A stretch of DNA of 64,000 nucleotides from Psammoneis japonica (taxonomy: Eukaryota): positions 186,001-250,000 of the forward strand of contig QPGO01000012.1 of the NCBI GenBank assembly GCA_008632985.1. The letters run 5' to 3'. The translations under genes were made by a program, and so were the position numbers. Every line of letters begins with the position of its first letter. The stretch's first letter is position 1. Shown piece after piece: positions 48,720 through 61,132 of the stretch. The notes beneath the pieces were generated by a model. The model did no database searches, was not told the DNA's origin, and saw only the letters and a list, made by a program, of their open reading frames with translations.

Positions 48720-51700
48720 CACAGGGCGCGCACCCACAGCACTTCAGGAAACACCAACTCCAACAAGTCCAAGGATGGCGATCGTGGAGACCTTCTCGGC
48801 ATGAGATTTTGGGACAGAAGGACAGACATGGTGACGGACATTCGCATCCCCGACACGGACGCGAAGTCACACCCATCCAAAACACCAGAAGAAGTCCCAG
48901 CAAGCCACGAACGTGAAAAGAAGCGCAAGTGCCTCCAGCCTTGTCTGGAACAATGCCATCATTTCACACCATTCGTTGCATCATGCAACGGGCTTTTCGG
49001 CAAAGAAGCCAAGGCGATGCTCCACAAGATGGCGTCAAAACTTTTGGACAAGTGGCAAAAGCCACATTCTGAAGCATGCGGCTGTGTCAACGCGAGGATG
49101 AGTGTCACCACAGTCAGGGCAACCCACCATTGCCTCAGGGGATCCTGCATTCCTGCCTCTCAGATCAGCTCCAGGCAACCCCAGTGGGAAGATGGTGCAG
49201 GTCTGTCCCTCTGCAAACACCAAAAGACCCGGACACAATCGACTGCCACCTGCCCAGACCGCATGCCAAACGACAGTCCACAGAGCACACTGACACCATG
49301 CCTGGAAGACAACAAAAACCCACCATCACAATGGAACATGGTGCCAGAATCAGTTCAAAATTTGCTCGCACTGCCTGCGGAAATGCGCGCGTCAACTGCC
49401 CCTCATTCGCGCAACTGCGCTGCTGCACAGTGTCCATTTTCACCATGTGTGCCCCGCTGCAATGACGCCAAAGGAATGAACCCTGTGGCGGCTCTGAATG
49501 ATTTCAAATTGGGAACCAATCAGATGTGGTTATCATGGGATGGCATTTAGAGGGGGGTGAAATGGGGAAGTTGTCATGCTCAAACTCTTTGACACTCACA
49601 AGAACAGTGAAAGGGACGTGTTTGAGCAAGAGACAAAGGCTTTCGAGCATTTGAGAAAGGCGAGGTTTTGTGTGAAAAATTCAGCAGACTGACCATGCTG
49701 CCCACATTTCACAACCCACTTGCAGAGCTGTGTTCAAGGAAAATTGACAAACATTGCAGGGTGATGTTTAAATTTCCTGCACTCTCTTGCTCAAACTGTG
49801 TTGTTTCTTGTCCTTGGAACATTGGCGTGGTGACACCATGGTGCTTGTGTGTTTTGTGTGTCTTGTGTGAAGAACAATGACTGGGATGCAAACAACTCAC
49901 AGTCTTTTGCTGACCCTGAGTGGTGGCAAGTTATCTTGAAAGGTGTGTGCAAGATTGCTTGGTCAAGCTGCTTTCGTCATGTGAAATCTTTGAGAGGCTC
50001 TTGCACAGCGTGGGGCTCTGTGACATGCAATGCCAGGTCATTCTTGATGTGCTTGTCCCCAAGTCTTGAGCGTGTGCTGGCGCACCATCCTTCACACAGG
50101 CGTGGGATGTCATCATGTGCAGGTCACTGGCAGAACTTCCACACAGCAGTGTTTTGTCTTTTTGCTTGTCAAAGAGATTGGTGGCAGGGTTCTATTGGAG
50201 GTCAGAGATGGTGTCACACATCACTCTTTGTCATTGGTCAACTTGTGGTCAAGGACAATGAGCTGAAGGCCATTGGGCACCTTGACTCATTTTGGGATTT
50301 GTGCCAACAACACTTCATTGTGGGAGAGCTGTGACAATGAACAAAGGATGAAATCATTGTGTTTGTTGTCAAAAAGCAAACATGCAAAGTGCCAGCAGCA
50401 ATTGTGCAATGACTGAAATGAACTCCTTGAGGTTGTGGCCTGTCAATGTTTTCTGCAAAGCACTGGGGGAGGTGCATCATGACAAAAACAAAAGGGGGGC
50501 TGACTCAGACATGCTGTGCTGTGGCTCACAGGGCTTTGAGAGCAAGCCCATGCTTTGGTGCTGCAGCGTTGCATGTGACACAACATGGAAAAGGCACTGC
50601 TCACTGCTTCTCTTCAAATTGGAGCAAAAGATGTTGCACAAGACTGGCCATTTCACCGCAATTTTCTGCAGAGATGACAGTCATGTTCTAAAAGTTTCCT
50701 CTCATTCCAGCACTTTTAACCAGCTGCTGTTGCCATTTCCACAATCCAAGCACACAAAACCAAATTCTGACAAACACCCAGATGTGCAGCATTTCCTGGC
50801 TGTGGGCATTTCTGGACCAAGAAGAAGCAGGGTGGAGTGCAGTCTCTGTTGCAAAAGCAAACAATGACTGTGCTGCATGAGATTTGGGGGGACACATGAA
50901 TGGCAATGCTTTTGTGCTCTTGCTGTGGGTGCCATTGCTGCCACTGCCACAGGTGATTTGGAGACCTTGAGTCAAATGATGTGCCAGCACCTCATCTCAA
51001 CCCTCAGATCAAGAAGCCAGCGCGCAGCACCGCACACTTGACAGCTGATTTTGGGGTGCAGGTGCTGCCATGCAAGATGTGGCTCACCTCAGTTGGTCAT
51101 GGTGCTGGTGGGTCATGGACATGATTTCTTGGAGGGCACCAAGTGCCACAGCAGTGGAGTCATGGAAAGCACGCAGAGTCGAGGCATCAGCACCTCTGCG
51201 ACATTTTTGGCCTTTTTTGGCAGAGTCGCTGGCAAAGAAACCTTTGCACCTGATGCAATGAAGGAGTGCTTGCATGGCTGCATCCACAATTGGGTTCACT
51301 GTTTCTTTGCAGTTGAAGCACTGGACAGCCCAGCTTGAAAACAAAAGCAGCCAAAAAGGCAAGTGAGAGGAGCAGCTCTCGCATGACTTCTGCTCGAGAG
51401 ATGCACACACAGGCTCGAGGACACCTGCCAAAAGCCACCAAAGAAGGCATCCATCTGTTCTGTTGGAAAAACTCAGAGAGTCACAAGAGACTGTTTGAAA
51501 GCAGGAAAGGAACAAGAAATGCAACAATCATTGTGTTAACTTAAAACTTTAGCCTGTGCATTGTGCTGGCAAAACCCAAACGCACAGACGGACAGAAATT
51601 ACTTGCGCAAAAACATCATAAATCAGCATAAATCCATCAGAATCATCCTCCAATCCTCAACGGACGCGACACGCGACGCCACACAAGACTCGACATCACA

Positions 51701-51730
51701 TGCATGATGGCAACAGATGCCACATAATGC
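48720..51730. other. Hypermutated domain 3
   Basis: TA almost absent. CpG is partly retained at both edges and lost in the middle. Confidence 0.88.
48770..49210 (+). mobile_element. 3' fragment of an RLE-type (CRE-like) non-LTR retrotransposon
   Basis: RGDLL..FWDR..DIRIPDTDAKSH..HEREKKRKC..FTPFV.S..GLFGKEA..ARMS...VRATH.CLRGS..QWEDGAGL is a restriction-like endonuclease C-terminus. Confidence 0.8.
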
Positions 51731-51780
51731 CAAGGCGGAGAGACGTCGAATACCGGTATTGACTTGCAAGACGTCAAACA

Positions 51781-52638
51781 ATGAAGCTACTTCCATTCTT
51801 GCTTGCCTCACTGTTTGGACTGGTAGTTGTGAACGCTAGCAGTAGCGCTTCGACATCCGTGCCGACAAGCTTGAAGCAAGTATCGGCACAATCTCCAGCT
51901 GACACCGTCGAACTTCAGTCGATTGATCGACGGGGCTTTTGGGAAAGAAGGACCAAACAGTCCTTGAATGGTGGAGCCCAACAAGGCAGTGAAGCAGTCG
52001 GCAAGCCGAAAAGTAGTTTGGGAGAAAAGTTGCAAGCCGTGGTGCATGGCAAGGCACGAGGAGCTGTGGAAACCTTTCTTGAACAAACTCTTTATAGCAA
52101 AGAGAATCAACCCGAATCAAACAGACATGCCGAATGGAATGGCTTTCTTAGCGCATGGCTGCTTGTTGCCATTCCCGTACCTTTGCCGATTCTTGCGGCT
52201 GCGCTGAGTCTAAACGTGGCAATTCTGTTAGCATCGAGCTGGGACGATGCAATCAAAAACAAGTTTTTGATTGGGCTTTCTCACGGAACCATGGTGTTTT
52301 TGGTTCTTCTGCGAACACTGGAGGACATAGTTGAGCCTGAGGCCTTTCTTGTCTCTCCTCGTGTTGCTGCGATTGGCCTTAACTTGGGAACGAATCTATT
52401 CTTTGGTCATGCCGGGAGCTATAGGATCACAAAGTACCTGATGGACTCTGCTATTGGGCAGCGATGTTTTACATTCTCTTCGAATACTTACGCTAGGGGT
52501 CCGGGGTACGGCATCGTCGTTGTATCTTCTGCTAGGGCTACAGATTGCAGTGGATGGAACGCCGGGCTAACATATGTTTCGGCGCATGCTTTCTTACACC
52601 GGCATAGTCGTAGTTTCATTATAATGTGGTATTGTTAA
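51781..52638 (+). CDS. Hypothetical membrane protein with signal peptide; 3' structure uncertain
   Basis: MKLLPFLLASLFGLVVVNAS leader, several hydrophobic segments and normal dinucleotide composition. Confidence 0.5.
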   Translation: MKLLPFLLASLFGLVVVNASSSASTSVPTSLKQVSAQSPADTVELQSIDRRGFWERRTKQSLNGGAQQGSEAVGKPKSSLGEKLQAVVHGKARGAVETFLEQTLYSKENQPESNRHAEWNGFLSAWLLVAIPVPLPILAAALSLNVAILLASSWDDAIKNKFLIGLSHGTMVFLVLLRTLEDIVEPEAFLVSPRVAAIGLNLGTNLFFGHAGSYRITKYLMDSAIGQRCFTFSSNTYARGPGYGIVVVSSARATDCSGWNAGLTYVSAHAFLHRHSRSFIIMWYC

Positions 52639-52870
52639 GGTCGCACATCATGCCAGAGCAGTCGAAATCTGTATCTAGTCTAGCTTTGTTCGCGTCTTCA
52701 GCAGTTTTGGGTTGTTGTTTTCTCTCACAAGCGGCTTAACAACAGCGATTGTATGACTGGTAGACCAGATAGTCGAAGATGCTGACTTAACCAAGGCTAA
52801 AAGCATTACAGATCGACGTAATCGATTCGAATAAAAGCGCCTCTTTCTATTTATTTTTAATTCGCCGACA

Positions 52871-55800
52871 CTACTCATCAGCAAGAAAATGCTTCGTAGC
52901 CTTTCCAATCTGAACTCGACGCATCTTGGACGCAAACTTGAGTGCGCAAGCCGTTTCTTGCACATCCTTGGGATCAGAACTGACGCACACTACCATTAAC
53001 ACCTTTGTGTCTGCCTGAAGGCTGTCCCGAAGCAAATGTGTCAGTGTCGAATTTCTATAGGGGACGGATTGATGAAACTGCACTTGTGCATTTACGACAT
53101 CACTCAAAGCTGCCAAGGACTTGTTGGCAAACTTCCACTCTCTGTTGTTGCCCACACCAGCAAGCATCCCGTCCCCGGACGATTGCTTCGTTTTGCTGCT
53201 GCTCGGTGGTTTGCGTGGCAGCTGGACGAGATCCGCTGCAGCAAGATCAGCAAATGAATCTTACCCTCGGTAGCAACGCCGGTAGCAATGTTTGTTGAAG
53301 TGACCTTCAAGGTTGCAATGACATGGCTTGCTGCTTCGTGGCTTTCTTGGCTAACGCCATGTTCTGTCAACCTAGCTGCACGATGAGCAAGGCATTGCTC
53401 CCATACTTTTCGAACGTCGTCAAAGCTCTTGACCGGAACAGACACTAATCCCTGAACGACAATATCGCCATCGTGGCCGGTCCGGATTTCTAATTTGTTT
53501 GGTCGGCCACTTCTGGAGCAAGCACTGGTTCCCTGATGCGAGAAGGAACTCACGTCGTCTTCTGTGTTTGATCTACTTCGACTCCGGCTGCCTCCCTTTT
53601 TAGAGCCACCACTGGTGGCTTCTTCTAGAAGTAGCTGGCCCCGTTCCTCGCCAATCTTGGTTCCAGCAATCAGATCATTGAGGCGCTCATTATGCACCTC
53701 GACAATTGTGAGACAAAATACGTCTACATACCGCGCATTACGGTGCTCTGAAACCGTGAAGAGTTGCTGCGCTGCCTGTAATTGAATACCGTGGTCACAA
53801 ATTTCGATACGGGTAAGTCTGCACCAGGTGTAGTCTTGACCTCTCCCAGCAACGTAAAAGTTTTACCGCTATTGGACTGTCCATACGTCATGAGACACAC
53901 ATGGTATCCATCCAAAGCACTCAACACAAGTTCCTCCGCTTCAGAGTACACCTCTGATTGCTTTACATCTGGTTCGAACACCCGGTCAAACTCAAAGCTC
54001 AACGGCCTGCTATTATCCGAGCCGTCCCTTTGTAAGGCGATAGTTTCTTGTGACGGAAACGAAACCGCGGTGCTGGAGCCGCCAAAAGCGCGAGGGCGAC
54101 AATACACACGAACCGTTCCTCGAAGATCTTGCACCTCATGCAACAGCTTTCGTCTCGCTGCCGATTCCAGCGCAAGCTTTTCTCGCAAGCGCTTAACTTC
54201 TGCTTGAGACGAGTTCAATTCTTCGGATGCTTGATCGGCCCATTGAGTAGCAGTATCCGGTAGCGTCTCCAATTCGTCTACCGTGGCGCGACGCAAAAGC
54301 TCAAACTGTTGCCGAACTGCAGAGGCCTCAGCGTGCAGCTTCAATACACTCTCGGCATTAACTGCTTCCAAGGTGCCCGACCCGGATTCTTTAATGTCAA
54401 GCATGTGATTGCTTGAAGAGCTTCCCTCGCTACTACCTAGCAACGACGTGGAATCTCGATCACCCGCCTGGTATTTGGCATTTTTGCGTCCCATAAAGCC
54501 CAACTTCTTTCGGTTGGATTGGTGGTGCTTGTCACTACTGCTGCAATAAGTTACGATAACGGAAGGGTGAGCAAGACCTACTTAAACGATTTCACACGAC
54601 TCCACAGGAAGAAGACTCACATGTCAGCCAACGTTTCTCCAAGATACTTGGCCTCTTCATGTTTGGACTCCAAATCCCGTCGGGTCCCATCCAATTCAAT
54701 TTCCAAAGCCCGATTCCGCTCCATGGCCGCCTCCAACAATTCTCGTTGATTGGATTCGGCCTGCGTAAAACGCTGTTTGAGTGAAGCCGCATATACGTTT
54801 GCCTTTTTCCGTTCCGATTCCAACTCCTGCGACATGCTCGCGCGCTGCACTTCGGCGGCAGCCGCACGGGTTTGCAAGACACCCGCCTCCTCTTCTGCAG
54901 CTTCGGCCTGTCTTCGCCAAAACTCGGCATTCTTGCGTTCTCCCGCAAGCCGTTCTTCGGCGACTCGTTGCTTGGCAATGGCTTCGGCGGATCGTTTTTG
55001 GGCTTGTGCGGCCGCTTCGGCAGCCTTGTGTGTGACAGTATTGTTCCAGTCACTTGCATTGCTCTTTTCAGCGCTCTGAATGGCTTGTTCCGCCACCTTG
55101 ACGGCACGGGCAGCTTCCGCGCGGCTCGATTCCAGCTCGGCTCTCAGCTCTGTTAGAGCCTGGTGCAACTCTTCCACAATCTCTTGATCAAAGCCAGCAC
55201 CCGTCAATGACGATACGACAGTACCTTCTTCAATTTCATGCGACGTATTATTTTTGTCGGTGGATACACGAGAAGTAACAGCGTGTTGTGACGTCTGTTG
55301 CGATGACGGCATGTTGAGAGAGGTATTGGCAGACGGCCTGGCTGCAGATGCGACAACCGCCGACTGAGACGCCATCATCAGCAGAGATGTGGGTTCATGC
55401 GGGAGTCCACCTTAAGCTCGAGCTGCTGACCAAGGCTTGCCGATGCAGCAGTCAAAACCACGGGGGGTGACTTGAGTGGTGCTATCCTTGAATCATGCTT
55501 ATCGTCCATGATTGTGTTTGGTACATCCAGACTGGCCGACATCAGATTCTTTGGTGCTCCAGCCGGTTTGCTATCTGTGAAACGATTGAAAATATCGCGA
55601 GAAAGAAGCGTTAGATGTGCATCAAAAGCAACAGAAAAGCAGGAGACAAGTATTCTCACCTCCAGCACCCTCTTCAGTTTCTAAAGGAACATTCAAAAAG
55701 CGTGCAAAGGCTCTGGCAAACTTGTCTCGGTCCAGCGTCGTCGGTGCCTCAATATCCAACGAGCTGCCATCGTGTGTCACGAGCGACAGCAATCGACACG

Positions 55801-56662
55801 CAGGACTGGAATTCTTGACGGTTCGCTCCGTAGTTTTTCCCTTGCGAACACTGGCAAATCTTTCCAAGCTAATTTTGGTGTCCTTCTTTTTTCCCCACGA
55901 TAGTGCTCGTTTGCGCGTATTTAAGGAACTGTTGATAAGATGACTGCGATCATCGCTTTTGCGAAAACTCCGAACCAAACTCCCAACACTCTTGTTGGAC
56001 AGGCTCTTGCTGGAACGGACGCTCCACCCATCCTCGTCGAGAGGAACACACTTCACGTAGCGTAAGGTAGATTTGCCATTTTGATTAATTTTCCTCACCG
56101 CCACGCCATAGGCATCCTCACAAAGGCGTTGTTCAAATAGAGCTTGTTCTTGTGCATCGGGATCCGATTGTTGAATCCACTGCAAATCCGCTTGTTGTTG
56201 TTGCTGCTGCGGAGTGGTCGTACCGGATCGACTCGTTCGACCCGATCGTAAACTCCCGATGCTTGTCGATGCGGAAATGATTTTGTGTTTGTTGCGTCGC
56301 TTGGGAGATGACGATGTCGTATCTCGTGGATTCTTTGGAAACGGACGTTGATCGAGTGGTGGTCGTTGCTTTTGTTCCAAATGATTCTCAGTCGACGACG
56401 CCATGCTCCCATTGGCGTTTGGTGGGAGCAGACGGGGCGGCGTGGACCTCGTCGTAGAATCTGTACCAAGCCTACGGTCGGACGACGTCATGTTGCTGTT
56501 GTCGTTCTTGTACACGCCCACAATGCGTTCCAGCGATTGAGCATTGGCGTGATTCTGTCTTTTGAGATTGTTGTTATCACCCGCAGCAAGAGCATCGGCG
56601 GATCGCATGGTTAATGGTTTTCTCGATGTTTCTGCTGCTATCATAACGTTGTTTTCACTCAT
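52871..56662 (-). CDS. Kinesin-14-like protein (N-terminal PH-like domain, coiled coil, C-terminal motor); multi-exon, with two apparent 1-bp frameshifts (~53810, ~53250)
   Basis: RRKLLHEVQDLRGTVRVYCRPR, FEFDRVF, YGQSNSGKT, NKSLAALSDVV, VPYRNSTLTHLLRDSL and ETACALKFA. Confidence 0.88.
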
Positions 56663-57735
56663 TGCGTTTTTTGTAGCGTAAGTTTTTTTAGCCGGGATTC
56701 ACGAGCCGAGGAAACCGCAAACCACGATCCAACCGAAAGATATATGTGTCCTGTGTCTTCGGCCGGATTCTTATGACGATTTCGAGGTCTGTTGATGATT
56801 ACAACACAGCTAAGGACCTCTTTTTGCCGATGAAACAAACAAGCTCCTGCTCCGGGTTATTCTGTGAAAATTGGGAAAGGTAACTCCACTACACCGACGT
56901 TGTTTTGTAGCTTATTTCTCTTTCTTCCGTACAAAGAATCCCAGCACTCGTTATACTTTTGTTCTTCTTCTTGTCAATACTGTTGTTGTTGCCATAGAGC
57001 ATATCGTTTTCTGTCTTTCTTGTGCGTGTTGGCTTGTGCGCTGTGTTCTCATCGAAAACAAGACGACGATGATGCGCACACTGCCTGGCGCTGAGTGCGT
57101 TCAAACACACACTGCCCCATTGGGTTCTTGCACATAATAATCTATTTAACAAACTTTTTCAAACTGACCGTTGAGGGAAGTATTCTAATATTGACACTTT
57201 AAGCTAACTTTTATGTTCTTTCGAGCCCGTTCCGCGATTCAAACAAAATGTAAATAAGATTGAATATATATATTCCCTCGGAGTCGCCATTCAAGATTAT
57301 GTCTATACAAATCCAAATAAAATAATTCTAGCTTTCGCACGATTGCAGGTGCGCCACCAATATTTATGAGATAGGAACTTGTGCTGTATCGTCACTTTTC
57401 TAAGTTGTACTCGAGAACCTTCAATCAGAATGCGACGTGCCTTATGAAAGTTGGTGACAATCTTTTTCCTATAGCAAGCTATGTTATGCGAAATGTGGGC
57501 ATAGCATTTGATTTGACAAACTCAAGAATGATAGGCATGAGTTTAGGCAACAAGCTTTACGTAATAAGATACCGGTATGACCCTATCACAGACTGATGTG
57601 TGATTTGACCAAACGAAGATGGAGGAATTGTAATCATTTAAGATAATGAGGAAAGCCGCTGCAGTGGGTGTCACTACTAATTATGGATGATCGAATCTAG
57701 TATTGCCACGCATTGATATGCATCTTTGTTGTTTT

Positions 57736-59457
57736 CTAGTCAACATTGCAGGCTGCAGGATAATGCACCGCCAGCATCTCAGGCAGGACCACTTCTCCAA
57801 AGGCTGTGAGCACATCTTCCTGTAGGTCCCAAAAGTCGGCTCTCAGATAGCGCGGGAATTCAATTTGAACGCCATCAATCGAACCTCCATACTGACTTCC
57901 ATGAGTTTCAATGTTGTAGCCACCTTGAAAATACGATTCTCCTTCCGCCGGAGCGCCGACCTGGGGTGATGGGACAGACAAGTATCCAGTCGCATTTGCA
58001 GCCGTCGGCATCTCAAACAACGCCCCCATACTCGAGCTGCCACGGACGACACTTGAAAAGGAAGCGCTCTTGTGCGTGGGCATATTCTTGATGGAGCTCG
58101 TATAAGCCAGACCGTCAACAGACGAGTCATCTTGGCGCAGTTGGCTAGAACTGATCTTGTATCCCAGCTCAATACGTGCTTCGGGATGAGTGTGCCCATG
58201 AAAATCGACAAGCAGACCTGCACCACATAGGTGGTTGTTTTCGATGTAAGCTCGGGCGGTTGCGGTAAAGTTGTGGAACTCGTTGTAAGCATCAATGGCC
58301 GTTTGGTCAAATTGCGCTGCCTCTTCGACTTCGCGGTTGGGATCGAGTTTGATTCGACCAAGACGGTTGACCACTAAATGACACGTTTTGTTTGTATAGG
58401 CTTCAAAGATATCGTTTGCCCTGCGGGCCATATCTTGGGTGTTTTCGTCGTTTGCGGTAACGGCACGACATTCATCCGGATCCTCTGGTGCACACGTTTT
58501 GCTCCAGTCACAGCTTGAACCATCCCAGCATCCGTGGGTACGGTCGTCAATGTCACTGGGATAAACATCGCCGTCGTGACCCGTGAGAATGATACAAGCA
58601 GCCGTTCCGGGGATGTATTCAGTGTACCCATTTGCTCCGCGCTGACCTGTGCGAATAACAAAGGGAGTTGACGGTGCTTGGTAGTCAGAAAGACGAGTTG
58701 TACGGGAAGATGTTGTCTTGAAGCGTTTACGATTGACCATCCACTCCTTGAGGGTTTCGAGTGTGGCAGACTGCAAGCAACACAAAGAGGAAAGAGCGAC
58801 AAAATGGTGAGAGAAATAATTTCTATAGAAGCTCGTCTCTCGTGTATTGGTTTAATTTTCGTTTCTTACCTTGGCATACCAGGGTCGGTACCAAAAGCTA
58901 TCCGAATGAGAGAATGAAACCGCGGATACTCCATCCACGAGACCCGTTGGCAGGGCGCTCTGATCGTAACTCGTAGCGCTTGCACAATCTTCCCAACCTC
59001 CAGTCGAGTCAAACGCAAAAATCAAGCTGGGATTCGTCGTGCTACCTTGATAGACAATGAGCTGGTCGCCATTTCCAGTGGAAAACGAGACGGAGCCAGA
59101 CAGAACCTCCCACTCCGGTCCTTGAGTGCTGCCGTCGTCGACAAATTCAAAAACGCTTCCGGCCGTTACGGTCGTTTGGGCGGTGAATTTGATGACAGAT
59201 TCACCGGATTGAAAGCCAGTGCAAGTCCATCCTTTGTCGGTAAAGAAGATTTCCGTTCCTGCATCGAGTGCCACCCAAGTCACGAATGCAAAAGCGTCAG
59301 GGTTGTCCGACGCAAACGCGACAATTTGAATGTCGTTGGGAGAAAGGACTGTCGCAGCGTTGCAACAGATGGATCGATTCGAAGATAACAGCAACGCCGC
59401 TACTACTGTTAGAGCGGCGTTCGAAAAACGACGAATAAGCGGTGCTAAGCCAACCAT
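57736..59457 (-). CDS. Secreted protein: lamin-tail-like beta domain fused to an N-formylglutamate amidohydrolase-like (Zn-carboxypeptidase fold) domain; intron 58771-58869
   Basis: Signal peptide; IFFTDKGW, GDQLIVYQG and LPTGL; then GHDG, D.NT, RIKLDPNR, LLVDFHGH, YFQGGY and VQIEFP. A phase-0 intron joins YAK/SAT. Confidence 0.75.
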
Positions 59458-60740
59458 GTCTGTGAAAAAAGTGAACTAATATGGCTTAGAGCTGAAGATG
59501 AGTATGAACGGATACGCGGGAGACAAACGAGATGGCGTAGTAGTGAGCCACGTATTCCGATCACGACTGAGAATGCGCGGAAGACAAAGGATATGATGGA
59601 ATGACGTCGTTGTAGGGCCCTATTCCGATAACGAGTGGCAAACAACGACAATGAAGAGTGATGATGACTGATGAAAGAGAGAGAGAAAATAGTAATAGAG
59701 TCGATCATCGATCACGAGTGGAGAAGATCGAGTGAAGTCATAAGTGTCATACTGCATGCAACAGATGCTCATCATAAACAAAGCTTGCCACGTTAATCTT
59801 GCTTCAACCACATACATAAATAAAACACGCATCATGCACAATCTTATGATACTGTACTGTAAAAAAAAATACGTACTGAACATAGCAGACAGACATTTGC
59901 AAAGGACATTATTTTCTTATCTTGCCGACTCCTTTTTCGATGACCCTATCACACAAGATACAACTTCAAGGGTTGCATTGCATCCGATGCTTTGCGTGTT
60001 GCGTGGCGGCCATCTTGTTCCAGATTTCAGACCACCTCCACACTCCACAATCGAGAGCAGTTTGCGATTGGAAGTCAGCAAGATTTGAGATGCCAGAAGA
60101 ACCAAAGAAGAGCACACATGAAGTTGTTTCAAGCACACTTTCAGCCAGTTTTTCAAGCACACTTTTGCGGTGCACAACCAGCGTTTTTTTTTTGCAGCCT
60201 TGTCTTTCAGCTGCAGAGAAGAAGCTCTCTGAATGCTCACACCGCCCTGCTGTCAGTGCATGACAATGCACTGCACATCTTTTGCAGCACCAGGTGCAGC
60301 TCTGTGTGCACTGGCATTGAAGTTGCCTGCGTGTTTTCAGCGCCAGGTTCCCCGCAGAACAGCCAACCACCATGGCGTCTTCTTCCGTCACTGACGGCAG
60401 CCACACCCCAACTAACACCAATGGTGCCACTGTGGCAGATGATGTCACTGTTGACCAGTCCTCCATCAAACTTTCTTCCAAGCCGACAGAGCGTCAGTTC
60501 GAAGAGATCACCACCCGCTTTGAGGTTCATGGCAAAGAATCGTCATGCAAGCCCATGACCCTCGCTGCCGCCCATCTGCAAGTCTTACAGCAAATTTTGT
60601 TCACTTGCCACAAGGACATTCAGATTCTTGACAACCACAACAACCGAGTTACGAGTGTCAACGTGGCAGAATGGATTGCTTCTCTCCAACATGAACAACA
60701 CTTTACCATCATGACGAATCGCAGCGGCAAAAAACGTCCG

Positions 60741-61132
60741 GACGAGTTCCAGGTCTAGGTGGGACCTTGCACTGCTGAACTGTGACATTGATGGTTTTTT
60801 GAATCGCGTCGCATGTCATGCACGTACATTTCTGCGTGATTTTGGCAAAATTTTGTGTCATTTTACAGTGCAACAATTGTCGGGCGATCCATTCAACAAC
60901 TTTTGACATTTTTTTCTTCTGCGCCATTCTCGAGTGTCTTAAGAATGGCGTGGGGCAGGCACATCATCCAAAACTTTGAGTGCGGGCAGGGGCAGATGTG
61001 CTGCAAACTTGGCTGTTTGTTTTGTGTTGAAGACAAACATGTCCATTGGCCAAAGTGCGAACTGCAGAGCTCGCACGTGGAATTCTACGGGGCAAATGTC
61101 ACAAAAAGTCCCACCCAGGACTGGAGCCCGTC
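60741..61132 (+). mobile_element. MITE family A, copy 2 (392 bp), TSD TCCG
   Basis: tccg|gacgagttccaggtctaggtgggac ... gtcccacccaggactggagcccgtc|tccg. Confidence 0.92.

Noticed and set aside
53240..53820. Programmed frameshifting or pseudogenisation of the kinesin (and of the M64-like gene near 45760)
   Set aside because: Isolated 1-bp breaks in otherwise intact genes, some in short homopolymers, are most simply consensus indel errors. Raw reads are needed to decide.
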